From the NCBI GenBank assembly GCA_013265495.1, contig MU059161.1:7525598-7589597 (forward strand): a stretch of DNA of 64,000 nt, written 5' to 3'. Each line of letters begins with the position of its first letter. The first letter of the stretch is position 1. The notes under the pieces were generated by a model. That model ran no database searches, had not been told where the DNA came from, and saw only the letters and a list, made by a program, of their open reading frames with translations. The stretch comes from Vicugna vicugna. Taxonomy: Eukaryota. The position numbers and the translations under genes were made by a program. Positions 12,711 to 23,649 of the stretch are shown piece after piece.

Positions 12711-13234
12711 CGTATTTGTTATCTGTTGCTGCATAGCAAATCAGCCCAAACTTGGTGGCTTAAAACAGCAGACATTTGTCATCTCGCAGGATCCAGACGC
12801 AGCTCAGCCACATGCCTCTGGGTTAAGGTCTCCCACAAGGTTGCAGTCAAGTTGTCCAGCAGGGCTGCAGTCATCTCAAGGCTCAACTGAAGCTGAGAGA
12901 TTGGCTTCCAAGCTCATTCACGTGGTTGCTGGGAGGCCCCAGAAGATTCGCCTGCGAGCTCTCTCACATGGGCCTCTCATAGGGCTGCCTTTTCTCGTGG
13001 CAGCTGGTTTTCCCAGAGCTATCGATCCCAGAGACAGAGAGAGTGTCCAAGACAGAAGCCACACCCTTTCTATACCTTAGTCTTAGGAACAACACGTCAT
13101 CATGTCTGCCATATTCTGGTCCTTCAAAGTGAGTCAGTAGGTCCAGCCTACACTCTAAGGAAGGAGATTACATAGGGTTTGAATACAAGGCAGTGGATTA
13201 ATTGGGATGGCAATTTCAGAGGCTGCCTGCCACG
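12711..13234 (-). mobile_element. MLT1 (MaLR) solo LTR, MLT1F-like
   Basis: Starts gtatttgttatctgttgctgcatagcaaatcagcccaaacttggtggcttaaaac, ends agaggctgcctgccac. Confidence 0.8.
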
Positions 13235-13417
13235 GGTAAGGCATTATTACCCTTCATTTCATACTCAGACACCCTGCTGGTTAAGCAGTGTGTCCACGTC
13301 ACCCAGCAAGAGAGTCATCTGACTGCAGTGGCTTACTCTATCACTAAGCCAGTCCAGGACGAGGTGGAGGAAGGCAGGGAGGAGATGCTGGCAGAACAAC
13401 AAATGGGAATAAGAGTC

Positions 13418-13908
13418 TGTATTAACTGTCTACACTGTATAATCGATAACCCACAACCTAGTGGCTTAAAAGTAACATTTAGTATCTCACACAGTTTCCA
13501 ACTGTCAGGAATTCAGGAGCAGTTTAGCTGACTGGTTCTGGATTGGGTCTCCCACGTGGCTCTAGTTAAGCCATGGGCTGGGACTGCAGCTTTGAAGACT
13601 TTCTGAAGCTCAGGATCCACTTCCAGGATGACTCACTCCCATGGCTGTTGGTGGGAGGCCTCAGTTTTTTGCCACATGGACCCATGTAACCGTGCTTGAA
13701 TATTGTGATGACAGAGGAGGTGACTTCCTCCAGAACAAGTGATGCAGAAGAGCCCAAGCAGACACCTCGGTGCCCTCACTGCCCAGCCTTAAGCATCATA
13801 TGCTGTCATTTCCCCAGTGTCCTGTTGGTTCCCCAGGTTGGCCCTTCTCATTGTGAGAGGTGATTACACAGGGCATGGGAACATCAGTCACTGGAGGCTG
13901 GCTACTAG
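13418..13908 (-). mobile_element. MLT1 (MaLR) solo LTR
   Basis: tgtattaactgtc...cacaacctagtggcttaaaagtaacattt...catggctgttggtgggaggcctcagttt...ggaggctggcta. Confidence 0.75.
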
Positions 13909-14189
13909 CGTGTCCAGTGTGAGCAGTAATCCCCAAACTCAACTCTTCGTAAGTCATTCCTCGGGGTCAAAGAGATCCACAGCTTTCCCACTTATGGTAG
14001 CATGTCATCTGATTTCCTTAGCTCTGTCTCACACCGTCTTTTGGGCCAATGGACCATTTGGAACTGGCAGCTTGGTCTCATTAAAAACCTCAAGAGTCAC
14101 CCCCAAGACCCTTTTTGATGCACCCTCTCCCCATCTTCTCTGTTCTGTGGGAAGGCCTGCTTCTCTGGGAAGCCTCCATTCAGCCTTCA

Positions 14190-14420
14190 ACACATAGTTA
14201 TAGCACCTCCACCACGTACAGGTTCTGGCTGGGTGCTAGGATATGGTGGTGAGCAAACAGATATCCATCTTCCACGGAGAACTTCCAGTCAACATGGGGA
14301 GATAGACACTAGCTAACTAATAATAATCCCATTACAAATTGTGACAAATTCTCCCCTCAAAAACCTACAGGGTGCCACATGAGCATTTAATGGGGGGCCT
14401 GGCCTATTCTGCATGCGGTA
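14190..14420 (-). mobile_element. L2 fragment
   Basis: gggtgctaggatatggtggtgagcaaacag...acaaattgtgacaaa...ctacagggtgcc. Confidence 0.6.
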
Positions 14421-14454
14421 TTTGAACCAAATCAAGAAATTAACTAGGCTGGGC

Positions 14455-14865
14455 AGGTGCATTAGCATTAGGTTCAGATGTAAGTGTCTAAAATAGTAGC
14501 TTAAATAAGATAGATGTTTATTTCTCTCTTGCTTAGAAGTCTGGGCAAGTATTTGAGGATAGGTACAGTGCCATTCAGTGGGCAGAAACCCAGGCTCCTT
14601 CTGTCTTGTTGCTCTGCTCCATATGACCTTCATCACACCGTCCAGGATGGTGGCATCTGCATTCTGGGCAGCTAGATGGAGAAAGGGACACAGTGGGTAA
14701 TATCCACCAACAATCCCTGAAGTGGCCACAAGATGCTTCCCCTTACATCGTAATGGCCAGAACTTAGTCACATGGCCACACCTAGCTGCAAGGGAAGCTG
14801 GGAAGTGCAGCTTTCATTCTGAGCACCCATATGCCCAGCCAAAAACTGGGAGCTCCAACCTCATG
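14455..14865 (-). mobile_element. MLT1 (MaLR) LTR, MLT1I/J/K-like
   Basis: aaaatagtagcttaaataagatagatgtttatttctctc...tggccagaacttagtcacatggccacacctagctgcaagggaagctgggaag. Confidence 0.75.
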
Positions 14866-14879
14866 CAAAAATAGCATCC

Positions 14880-15110
14880 ATAGTCAACTCTGTCTTGCAT
14901 TTACTCTGTGCCAGGCACTGTCCTGAGTCCTTTAAATTCATCAGCACATTTCACCCTCACAACAGATCTATGAGGAAGGTAATATTATTGCCCCCATTTT
15001 ACAGATGAAGACATTGAGGTACAGAAGTAAAATAAGTTAGTAAGGAGACAGGCTGGAATGTGATTCCCACGTAGTTTGGCTCCAGAGTATGGGCTCTGTT
15101 AACAGAGTTA
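14880..15110 (-). mobile_element. MIR SINE
   Basis: ctctgtgccaggcactgtcc...ctatgaggaaggtaatattattgcccccattttacagatgaagacattgagg. Confidence 0.85.
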
Positions 15111-16499
15111 ACAGTTATGAAGAAAGGGAGAATGGCTATTGGCGGGCATGCACATTCTCTGTCCATAGAGCAGGGTGGAAGGCAGCAAGAGGAAGCACTC
15201 CAGACAAAAGAAACAGAAAATGCAAAAGCCTCCAGCCACCCAACGTAAGATCCTTTATGGCAGCACCTCTCAAATCTAAATGTGCTGAAGAATCTCTTGG
15301 AGATCATGTGAAATGCACACTTCATTCAGTAGGTCTGGGCTAGGGCTGAGAAGTTGCCCCATGGTGCCCAAACAGCTGCCCCGTGGACCACACCAGGCTG
15401 TGGGCCATCTTTTGAGAGGGAGGACTCGCAGTCAAGTGCCCACCACTGCATGGCTTCCCTCCTGCACAGGGCCAGGCCAACAAACAGTTCATCCAGTAGC
15501 TAGCTACCCAAGGCCCCTTCACCGTTCTTGCTGCCCCCAGGGTTTCCAGTTCTGGCTGAGATTTCCTTCTCTCTCCCAAGGGTGCCAGGCTCCTTGTTGA
15601 ATGAATGAACAAGTAAATGAATGAAAGAGGGAATGCTGGAGGTGAGAGGGAAGGACAGGCCACTGACTGGAGGGTCCAAGAGAAGAGTTTGGTTCACTGG
15701 CTCCACTCTACACCAAACCTGGACTAACACTGTGCATTCTGAATCCTCCCAGGGGAATAGATACCACCATCTCCCTCTATTTAGACATGAGGAAACTGCC
15801 TGCTTTTTTAACATGAGCGCCCGCCCCTCTCTTCCCCTGGAATTTTTCAAGCTCCGAGCTACCACAACCTTGGAGGTGGGGGCCAGCGACAGAAGGGGAA
15901 GTTCAGAATGCGTTTCCTCCACGTGGGTCTTGTGTTACAGCTACCGTCTTCTCTAATCCAGCAGCTCCCCAAGGAGATGCCGATTATCTGTCAATTTCAC
16001 AGAAGGAAACTGAGGCTCAGAGAGGTCTGCTGTCCTGCATAGCTGTGACTCGGCACCCCGCTCAGTGAACTCAGGGAACACCGCTGGAATGAACCACAAA
16101 TGGAAGATGGAAGTAGAGCTCCCAGGCCAGCTACAATAGCTTCGGGTGACTGAGCCCTTACCAGGTGCCTGGTACCGCTAAGCGGTCTCCCAACGTTCTC
16201 ATTTGATCCCCAGGAAAAAGCTCCTCTAATATGTGTTATCCGCCTCTTTGTGCAGACTTGAAGGGTGTGGGCTCAGAGAAGCCAAGTGTCTTTCCCAGAG
16301 AGGCACAGCACAGCAGGGACGGGCTGGGTCGACTTTACAAACCTAGGCCTGCCTGACCTCCTCCTTCCTCTGGCAGCATTAGGCCCTTACTCGGAGTTCG
16401 AAGCTGCGCACAGTCCGAATCTGGACCATTCCACTCAATCTTCACAACTCAAGGAAATTGTTTTACAAATGCGAAATAACGGAGGCTGGAGAGGCAGAG

Positions 16500-17250
16500 G
16501 GATTTGCCTACGGAGAGAACGTGATGGAAAAATCCAGTGGGGGGCTCAGAAGGAATGCACGCGGGAGTCTTCGGGGGCTGCCCCTCCGAGAGCCTTCACA
16601 CCCAGCGCGCGCCCCCACGGCCCTCTCCTCCCAGACCCGGGGGACCGGGGCCCCTTTAATGGGGCGGCGGAAGGGGCGGCCGGGGGCCGCAGGCGGCGCC
16701 CAATGGGCTTCGCGGAGCGTCACTTCCCGGCGGCGGGCGGGCGGGCGGGAGGGGCGGGGCGGCCGGAGGAGGTGGGGGCAGCCGGCTGGGACCCACGCGG
16801 CGCCGCGGCCCACCTGGCCTGCAGCGCTCCCACCCTCGGCGACGGCGGCGGCACGATGCCCTTTGACTTCAGGAGGTGAGTGTGGCAACCCCGCCACCGG
16901 GGAGCCCCCTCCGCGAGCACGGGGGATGCCCGGGCTCGCCGCGGACCCCTCCCGCCTGGAACGCAGCAGCGGCCCCCAGCGCTGTGCATGCGTCTGCAGG
17001 CCCTCGGGGACCCCAGGCGGGCCCCCTGCCGCACACAAAGCCAACGGGAGCCGCGGAGGTCTCCCTCCTGCAGCGGGAGGCGAGGCCACCCACCTTTCGG
17101 CCGCTCCACCCCTTCCCTCCGCGGAGCCCCAGCCCCTTCCTCAGGCTCCCCGGACACCTCGCAAACCCGCATCCCATTCCTCCCATCCTGGGATACAGAT
17201 TTCCTCCCTCCCGCAGATGGGAGCCAGCAAACCATCCACTTCGTCCCCTC
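16500..17250 (+). promoter_or_regulatory. ERGIC1: CpG island / TATA-less promoter of ERGIC1
   Basis: Very high GC and CpG density; CCAAT box 16700-16704; CGTCACTTCCCGG 16718-16730; Sp/KLF GC box GGGGCGGGGC 16751-16760; spans exon 1. Confidence 0.9.
16856..16875 (+). CDS. ERGIC1: ERGIC1 coding exon 1 (ER-Golgi intermediate compartment protein 1), MPFDFR + 2 nt of Arg7
   Basis: ATG at 16856 in context gcacgATGc (A at -3), inside a CpG island; ATG CCC TTT GAC TTC AGG AG followed by consensus donor GTGAGT at 16876; joins in frame to exon 2 to give the recognisable ERGIC1 N-terminus. Confidence 0.97.
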
Positions 17251-17699
17251 TACAGAGCCTCGTTTTGTGGACCCCACCCCAGCTGACAGGTGCGCCCAGG
17301 GCACCTTGGATAAGTCCCCAGGGGTCTGCAGCCCCATCCCGCCAGGCAGCAGCTGAAGGGTTTCATGTTTCCATAGCCTCGGGCTCCCCCCGGCTGGGCC
17401 GAACAGGAGGCCTGTCCCCCAGCCAGCCCTAGTCCTGTACTCTGGGTATGGGGGCTCTGTGGGGGAGGGGAGGAGGCCAGGGAGCTGTGGGCAGGGCTCG
17501 GCCGCGGGGCCCACCCGGGCCGGCCTTGGCTTTCTGCAGTCACCACAATGGGCCCTTTGTGGGGGCCAGCCTCCTCCTGGCCCACGTCGTGCTGGGCTAC
17601 GCCTTTGGAAGCCTGCCTGAGAAGGGGTCTCCACCAGACTTTCCCTTGAGGTGCGGAGCCCTAGGGGATGCCCTGGCCTGAGGCAGCCACACTGTAGCT

Positions 17700-18000
17700 G
17701 TACGGCCTGGAAAATAGCAGGGCTTTAGGGCGAAGGAGCTGAGTTAGAATCCTAGCTCTGCCTTCTTCACGAGCAGCTCGTTCTAGTCCAGATGTTAGGG
17801 GCGAAGGCTCTGGGTTCAGACCTTGCCTGAGCTGCTCGGCTAGATGACTCAGGCACATGTCTGAGCCCTCTCAGTATTTCTGTGTCACCACCTGCACATT
17901 GGGGCTAAAAATAAAGTCCCACCTGCATGGACTGAGTGCATGGGAAGTGCTTAACTCAGAGTCCAGTAGGGTGTAGCGCTCAAAAGTGGGACGTTAGTCG
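17700..18000 (+). mobile_element. MIR fragments
   Basis: gagttagaatcctagctctgcc...cacctgcacattggggctaaaaata...gggaagtgcttaac...gcgctcaaaag. Confidence 0.55.
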
Positions 18001-19487
18001 ACAAGCAGCCTCTCCGTGAGGCCATTTCCTTATCCGCAAAATAGGGGATTCTGGTGCCTGCCTGCTCCTTCCCTCTCTACAGGTGTGAATGAAGTCAGGA
18101 TAATGTGAGAGTCTTCCTGGGAAGAGAAGCCTGGCGGAGACCCCCCATGGCACGTGGGCACATTGGGGTTTAGGGGCTTAGGCCTGGAGGGAACATTGGC
18201 TTTGGACCTCTCGCACTGACTGTGTGGTACTCAGCCTGCCCTGGACACCAGTGTCATCCCACCAACAGCCCCTTCCATGCAGCCCTGGGGCTGGCACCAG
18301 GGTCTCAGATGCACACTTAAAGACCCCGGGTAGTTTGAAAGCAAGGAGAGCCCCCCTGATGGAATTCAAGGGCAGTCCTCATGTGGACAGTTAACATCTG
18401 GACCATGACGGAGCTGTAGCTGGCACATCAGTTCCTGGTTCCAGAAAGCCTCCCTTTACCCATACTGATAATTCCTGCCCCCAGTCCCATCTCCATGTGA
18501 TCAGGTAGGTTTTGGTGAGTTTGACCTTGCTGGGGAAGACATTGCTTTGGTGCATTTAATTCATTCACTCTGCACCTAACCCCTGCCATTTTAAGAGGAA
18601 GAAATTGAGGCCTGAGGGTTAAGGGTTTTGTCCTGGACCTCAGGGAAGCGAGACTAAAGAGTGGGCCCGGGTCCCAGGTCATGCACAGCTCCTGACCTGT
18701 GCCCCTTGAGTTGGAGGTTTAGCATGTCCAGATTCCCTGGGGGCCTCAGCTTAATGAGATGTTTTAATTAATTTCTTGGAAGGCCCATGCCACCACTTGA
18801 ACAGTGAGAATGGATTTCAACACTTCACACTGGCACCTTTGAGGATGAGCCTAGTAACCTGCACTTCTTAAGATCTGTACATCACAGGGCTCAGGTTCTA
18901 AGGAAGGGTCCACCCACCGTCCCACACACCTTCCTCCGCTTCAATGTTCATTCATCAGACGTTTACTGAGTGTCTGCTCTGTGCTCAGTCCTCTGCCATG
19001 TACCCCACTGTGCAGAGCTGGGTGCCATGTGGCTCTGCCCTTTCAGCCCTCAAGAGGAGAAGGGAGGAGGGCATCCTGGGGTCCCAGGAGTTGGGGTATG
19101 GTGATCCAGAGTGTGTGGGGTGTCCACCAATGTACAAGCCTTGTGGGGGTGCAGACTTGACGTCTGTTCCCTTGTCCCCTGTGAGAAGGAGTTTTAATCT
19201 TCATTTTAAATCAGAGGAAAGGGAGACTGCCAGGTGGAAGCTCCTTTGCCCGGGGACAGGCTGTGGTGAGCTGGTGGAGCTGGGATTTGAACTGGGGACT
19301 GTCAGCTCCAAAGCCTTAGCTCTGGGAGGAAAGGGTGGACTCAGAGAGTCCAACAACCCCATCAGATCTCTTAAAAACTATGGGTGAATGGAGAGTGGCC
19401 TACTCTGATCGGACCCCCTCTCCCAGTTAGAGGCCGGGGAGAAAACCAGGCTTCCTGCTTCTTTTGCACCCTTAAAACAGAACAAAA

Positions 19488-19695
19488 TCTTTTCCATCAT
19501 AGGTTATTACAAGATACTGAATATAGTTCCCTGTGCTATGCAGTAGGTCCTTGTGGTTTATTTTATATCTAGTAGTGTGTATCTGCTAATCCCCCAAAGA
19601 ATATATAACTGAATGTATGACTGAATCACTATGCTGTACACCAGAAACTAACACAACGTCATAAATCAACTATATTTCAATTTAAAAAAGAAAAA
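19488..19695 (+). mobile_element. Cetartiodactyl L1 3' end with 5' inversion (19488-19595 antisense, 19596-19695 sense + A tail)
   Basis: Two adjacent pieces of the same L1 3' end in opposite orientation; CAAAATC at 19483-19489 and 19697-19703. Confidence 0.85.
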
Positions 19696-21374
19696 GCAAA
19701 ATCAGGAAGAGGGCGAAAGGAAACCTCTTGTCCTTTCTAATCAGTGCACCTTGTTTTCTGACTGCCTGTGGGACTTTGTGTGCCTTACCTCCTGTGTGCG
19801 TTGTCTAAAGTGGGGATGAGAGCAGTGCCCATTGTGGAGAGGATTAACTGAGTCAATGTGTGTAACAGCATCAGACACAGAGTAAGCACCCAATAAATTT
19901 GGGGCGCTCTTTACACCTTTTCTGTTATTTCATCAAAGCACCCGTATTTCCTAACACTGTGTAACCCACTTAATTATTATACTTACTCTCTTTCTTCCTT
20001 GCATTCAAATAAGGGCCTCCTAGGGCAAAGATGTCTATTGATGTCATTCACTGTTATGACTCTAGTGCCTAGAAGAGTGGTGGGCCACACTCGCCCCCAG
20101 GAAATGTCTCTCAGAGTCTGTTGAGGAAGCCAGAGGCACGGTGTGATTTGATATGCCACATCTTCCTTTGCTGGGGAAATCCCCCCCCCCCGACTTCCTT
20201 CCTCAAATGTGCTCTCCTCTAAATTGTAGTGGCGGAGGAGGCAGAGTACAGAGGAGGGACCCTGGGCCTTCAAAGCTGACTCTTGTTTGCTTTGCTCCTG
20301 GTGCGCTGTTTTGTTAATCGCTGGACCTTGCAGTGGTGGAACTGGCCTTGTGTCCCAGTTCCGTGGGCGTTGGCTCTGCCTGGACCCAGTTCCGGCTGGC
20401 AGGGAGCACCTGCTGCCTCTGGCTCAGCCTGGGGTAGGTTGGAGGAGGGCAGTTCCTGCAGCCCAGGCCCAGGGGAGCCTGAGTGCTGCTTTCAGGGACT
20501 CAGTGGTGGCCACTTCCCCAACAATGGTGGCCCCTGAGTTGAAACCCCAAGACCTGGCGTGTGCTGTCACCCTGCCACTGACCATCCAGGCCCTGGGACA
20601 GTTGGCGTACCTTTTCCAAGCCTCAGTTTCTTCATGTTAAGGAGAGGTTGGCCTCTCCTGGACTGCCTCACCTGGAAGGGTAGAGGTAGAGGCAGATGAG
20701 ATGTCCCTGCAGGGTAGGGCTGGCTGCATAATTTTTAGGGCCCAGAGCAAGATGAAAATGCAGAACCTCTTGTTGGAAAAGTATTAAGAATGTCAGGACA
20801 ATGAGAGCAGAGTATTAAGCTAAGCCTGGACGCAGCCCTCTGAGCAGGGGACCCTGTGGGACTGTGCGGGTCACACGCCCATGACGCCATCCCTGCTGCA
20901 CCTCCTTGGTTCCACCTCCGTCCCTTCTCAGCCTTCCGAGTCGTCTCCAGGAGACCCCAGGTCTCCTCCAGAATCCCAGGGTTGCTTTCCAAAGTTGACA
21001 TGATTTTTTCACGTCCTGATTGCAACCTCCACACAGGGCCCATGGCTCTGATCAATTCTGATTTCCTTAGCTCCCCACGCAGCCTTGCCTGAGGGGGCCC
21101 CTGCAAATCCTTGCGACCCCCTCACTCCCTGCATCCCATAAGTCCCAGCCCCCACGGTGGGCTCTGAGCACACAGTCAGCACTCAGCGGATAGTAGCTGA
21201 CATGAGTGCCCGTGTTTCTACCCTGCCTCATTCCAGAAAGAATTTGGGGAAGCTGAGGGAAACATATACTTCACAAGTTTTTAAAAATCTAAATAGACTT
21301 CAAAATCAAGGCATAGGGGAAATAAAGATTAGACGGCAAAGGAAAAATTTGGTGAAAATCCAGCCAGTAATTTA

Positions 21375-21620
21375 CGTTTATTGAGCACTTACTAGTGCCT
21401 GACACTGGAGTAAGGATCTTTACTCATTTAACTCCCAGCAACCGTGCAATGCAGACACTGCCATTATCCCACTTTTCTGATGAGCCGGTTGACATGCAGC
21501 AGAGTTGAGGTCCGTGGTGGGTCAGCAGGAGGCACTGGGGTCGGAGCGCTGCTCTGCTCCTCAGAGCCCCACTTGTATCCTGTAGGCTCGTCTCTAAAGC
21601 TCTTGCCTTCATTCACCAAG
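21375..21620 (-). mobile_element. MIR SINE
   Basis: tttattgagcacttactagtgcc...tcatttaactcccagcaacc...cattatcccacttttctgatgag. Confidence 0.75.
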
Positions 21621-22119
21621 TTCAGAGGGAGCTGAAACTGCCTCTGATTGGACTCAGTGGCTTTCTCATCTCTAATCCTTTCCCAGCTGCACTCATTAAG
21701 AAACTTAAAGTCATCAACTTTTTTTTTTTTAAACTAAAAGTGTGGTCTGACACCTGATTCTGAAATTGACTTTAAAGACCCCCACTGTGGTCTCGGGACA
21801 ACGTACAGCATCTCACTCTGGAGGGTCCGGGTTTTCCCACTCCGGCCGCAGGGGCTTTAGAGTCGAGCACGTGTTTACCCGTTCGTTGGATGTGGAAGGG
21901 GATGGAAAATCTCTCCTCTCGAGGCAGTTTGGATTCCTGACCTCAATGCCGTAGTATCTGGAGACTGACTTGAGCCAACCATGGCCTCACTGGGTTCTGC
22001 TTCCCGTCTGGTAATCCTTTCACATTTCATTTTGGAGTTGCTGCTGGGCAGTTTTCATCAGGTATCAGAGAGGGTGTGAGGAGGGCACTTGGGGTGAGGC
22101 TTTCCCACTACCTTTCCAT

Positions 22120-22297
22120 CAGTGAGCCTCATTTCTGGCTGTCAGAATCGCTGGAGGGGTTTTAAAACTCCCCACACTCAGGTGGTGTGCTCCAGACCCA
22201 ATAATCAGGATATGAAGATGGAGGCCTAGGGCATCAGAAGTTTTTTAAAGGCCTTCACATGATGCCAGTGCACAAGCCAAGACTGAAAAGATTGCTG
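22120..22297. mobile_element. MER5-type hAT-Charlie DNA transposon relic
   Basis: cagaatcgctggaggggttttaaaac...ggaggcctagggcatcagaagttttttaaaggccttcacatgatgccagtgcac. Confidence 0.65.
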
Positions 22298-22507
22298 TAA
22301 ATCAGAAGAACCCATAGGAAGCAGGCTGAGAACACCGGGGCAGCCAGGTGCTGGAATGGGTCCTCGGAGGGGAGGTTGGGGAGCGGAGCGTGGTCCCATC
22401 TGTCACCCCTGCATGACCTTCAGCCCACCGCTTCCCTATTCTGGGACTGTTCTTCACCAGTAAAGCTGTTGGTAAGGGAGGTAGGGTGGTTACCTTTCCA
22501 TTGATAC

Positions 22508-22668
22508 GCCTGCTCTTCAAAATGTGGTCCCCACACCAGCCGCTTCAGCATCACCTGGGAGCTTGTTGGAAGTGCAGAATCTCAGTGCCCACCCTGCCTC
22601 TGCATCTGCAGTCTGACAAGAGCCTCTGGTGGTTTGGATGTACTGTAAGATTGACAGAGCCCTGCTCT
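22508..22668. mobile_element. MER5A-type hAT-Charlie DNA transposon relic
   Basis: cttcaaaatgtggtcccc...cagcatcacctgggagcttgttggaagtgcagaatctcag. Confidence 0.75.
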
Positions 22669-23649
22669 GTACGATTGACTAACTCAGCATCTCTATGTCC
22701 ATGCTTATCAATGCTGTGTCCCCCGCTTGGAGATTCACAATGCATGTGTAACTTACTTAAGGCTCTGACAAGTCCTGCACGAAAGGAACAGAGGTCACTT
22801 GGTTTAGCCCAGTTTTGCACAAACTTACTGTCTAAGCCACCCTGCTTTTCATAGGGCAGCCAGGATCCGTTCTCAGACTATTGTTTGGGAACCACAGTTC
22901 TAATGGATCCTTTAAGGGAGTGGTAATTAGCCTAATTGTATGTTGTCAGCTTTAACATGTAGGTCTGTTAACTTAATTACATTGGTTGTCTATGCAGGGA
23001 AAGTACAGGACGGGGGGTTGGGGGGAACCCAACAACACTACTGTGTTTTGGTTTTTTTAAAGTCTTGGGAGAGGCAGGAGGACTCCCTGTACTACTGAGA
23101 GCTCAGGGCTATGTAAGGGGCTTTACAAATCCCCTCACCCTCTGAGTGGGCACTGTTCCTATTTTACCACCAGGGAACTCGACCCCCAAAGATGTTGGGT
23201 CACACAGCTGATGCATCAAGGGGCCCCCGGGGGACCAGCTCACACCTGGCAGTATAATCCTTCCTTTGAACGCTTCCTTCTGGAACCTGCCGGGCAGCAC
23301 AGCTGGACAGGAAGCAAGATCCGTTTGAAACGGACTGCATGTTCTGTTTATCCAAAAGGTGGAAACCTTATTTGAGTTGAGAGGCCCAGCTGTTACCAGA
23401 CTTCAGTCACAGGTCCCTGAAATGCTGGGGACTGGTGACGCGGTGGTTCTTCCACGGAGTTAGCGCTTCTCTCGCGTTCCAGTCTGGGGCTTGAATTTCT
23501 TTGGAGGAGGAAAGGAGGCGAGGCTAATGTTATTAGTAATGCCTGACAGTCCCTCAGCTGGTGATGTGTTGCACACTGTGCCGGTCATGTCATCGGACTT
23601 GAAAGTCACACTGGCCCCATGAGATAGATATGATTATTAGTCATTGCTT

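Noticed and set aside
13294-13301. UPRE core TGACGTGG (minus strand; also 62243-62250)
   Set aside because: An 8-mer is expected about twice by chance in 64 kb on two strands; no supporting context
1-16400. Additional protein-coding gene or DUSP1 exons upstream
   Set aside because: No recognisable protein motifs or exon structures; the region is dominated by repeats, and the short ORFs overlap them
16700-16718. ER-stress response element (ERSE) in the promoter
   Set aside because: CCAAT is followed after 9 nt by GGAGC, not CCACG; no ERSE-II (ATTGGNCCACG) seen
16265-17634. Long overlapping ORFs of 100-324 aa on both strands
   Set aside because: Low-complexity G/A/P/R-rich translations expected from stop-codon scarcity in a CpG island; only the MPFDFRR end is recognisable
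20174-20183. Perfect NF-kB sites (also 45375-45384)
   Set aside because: GGGRNWYYCC is expected roughly 8 times by chance here; the sites are isolated
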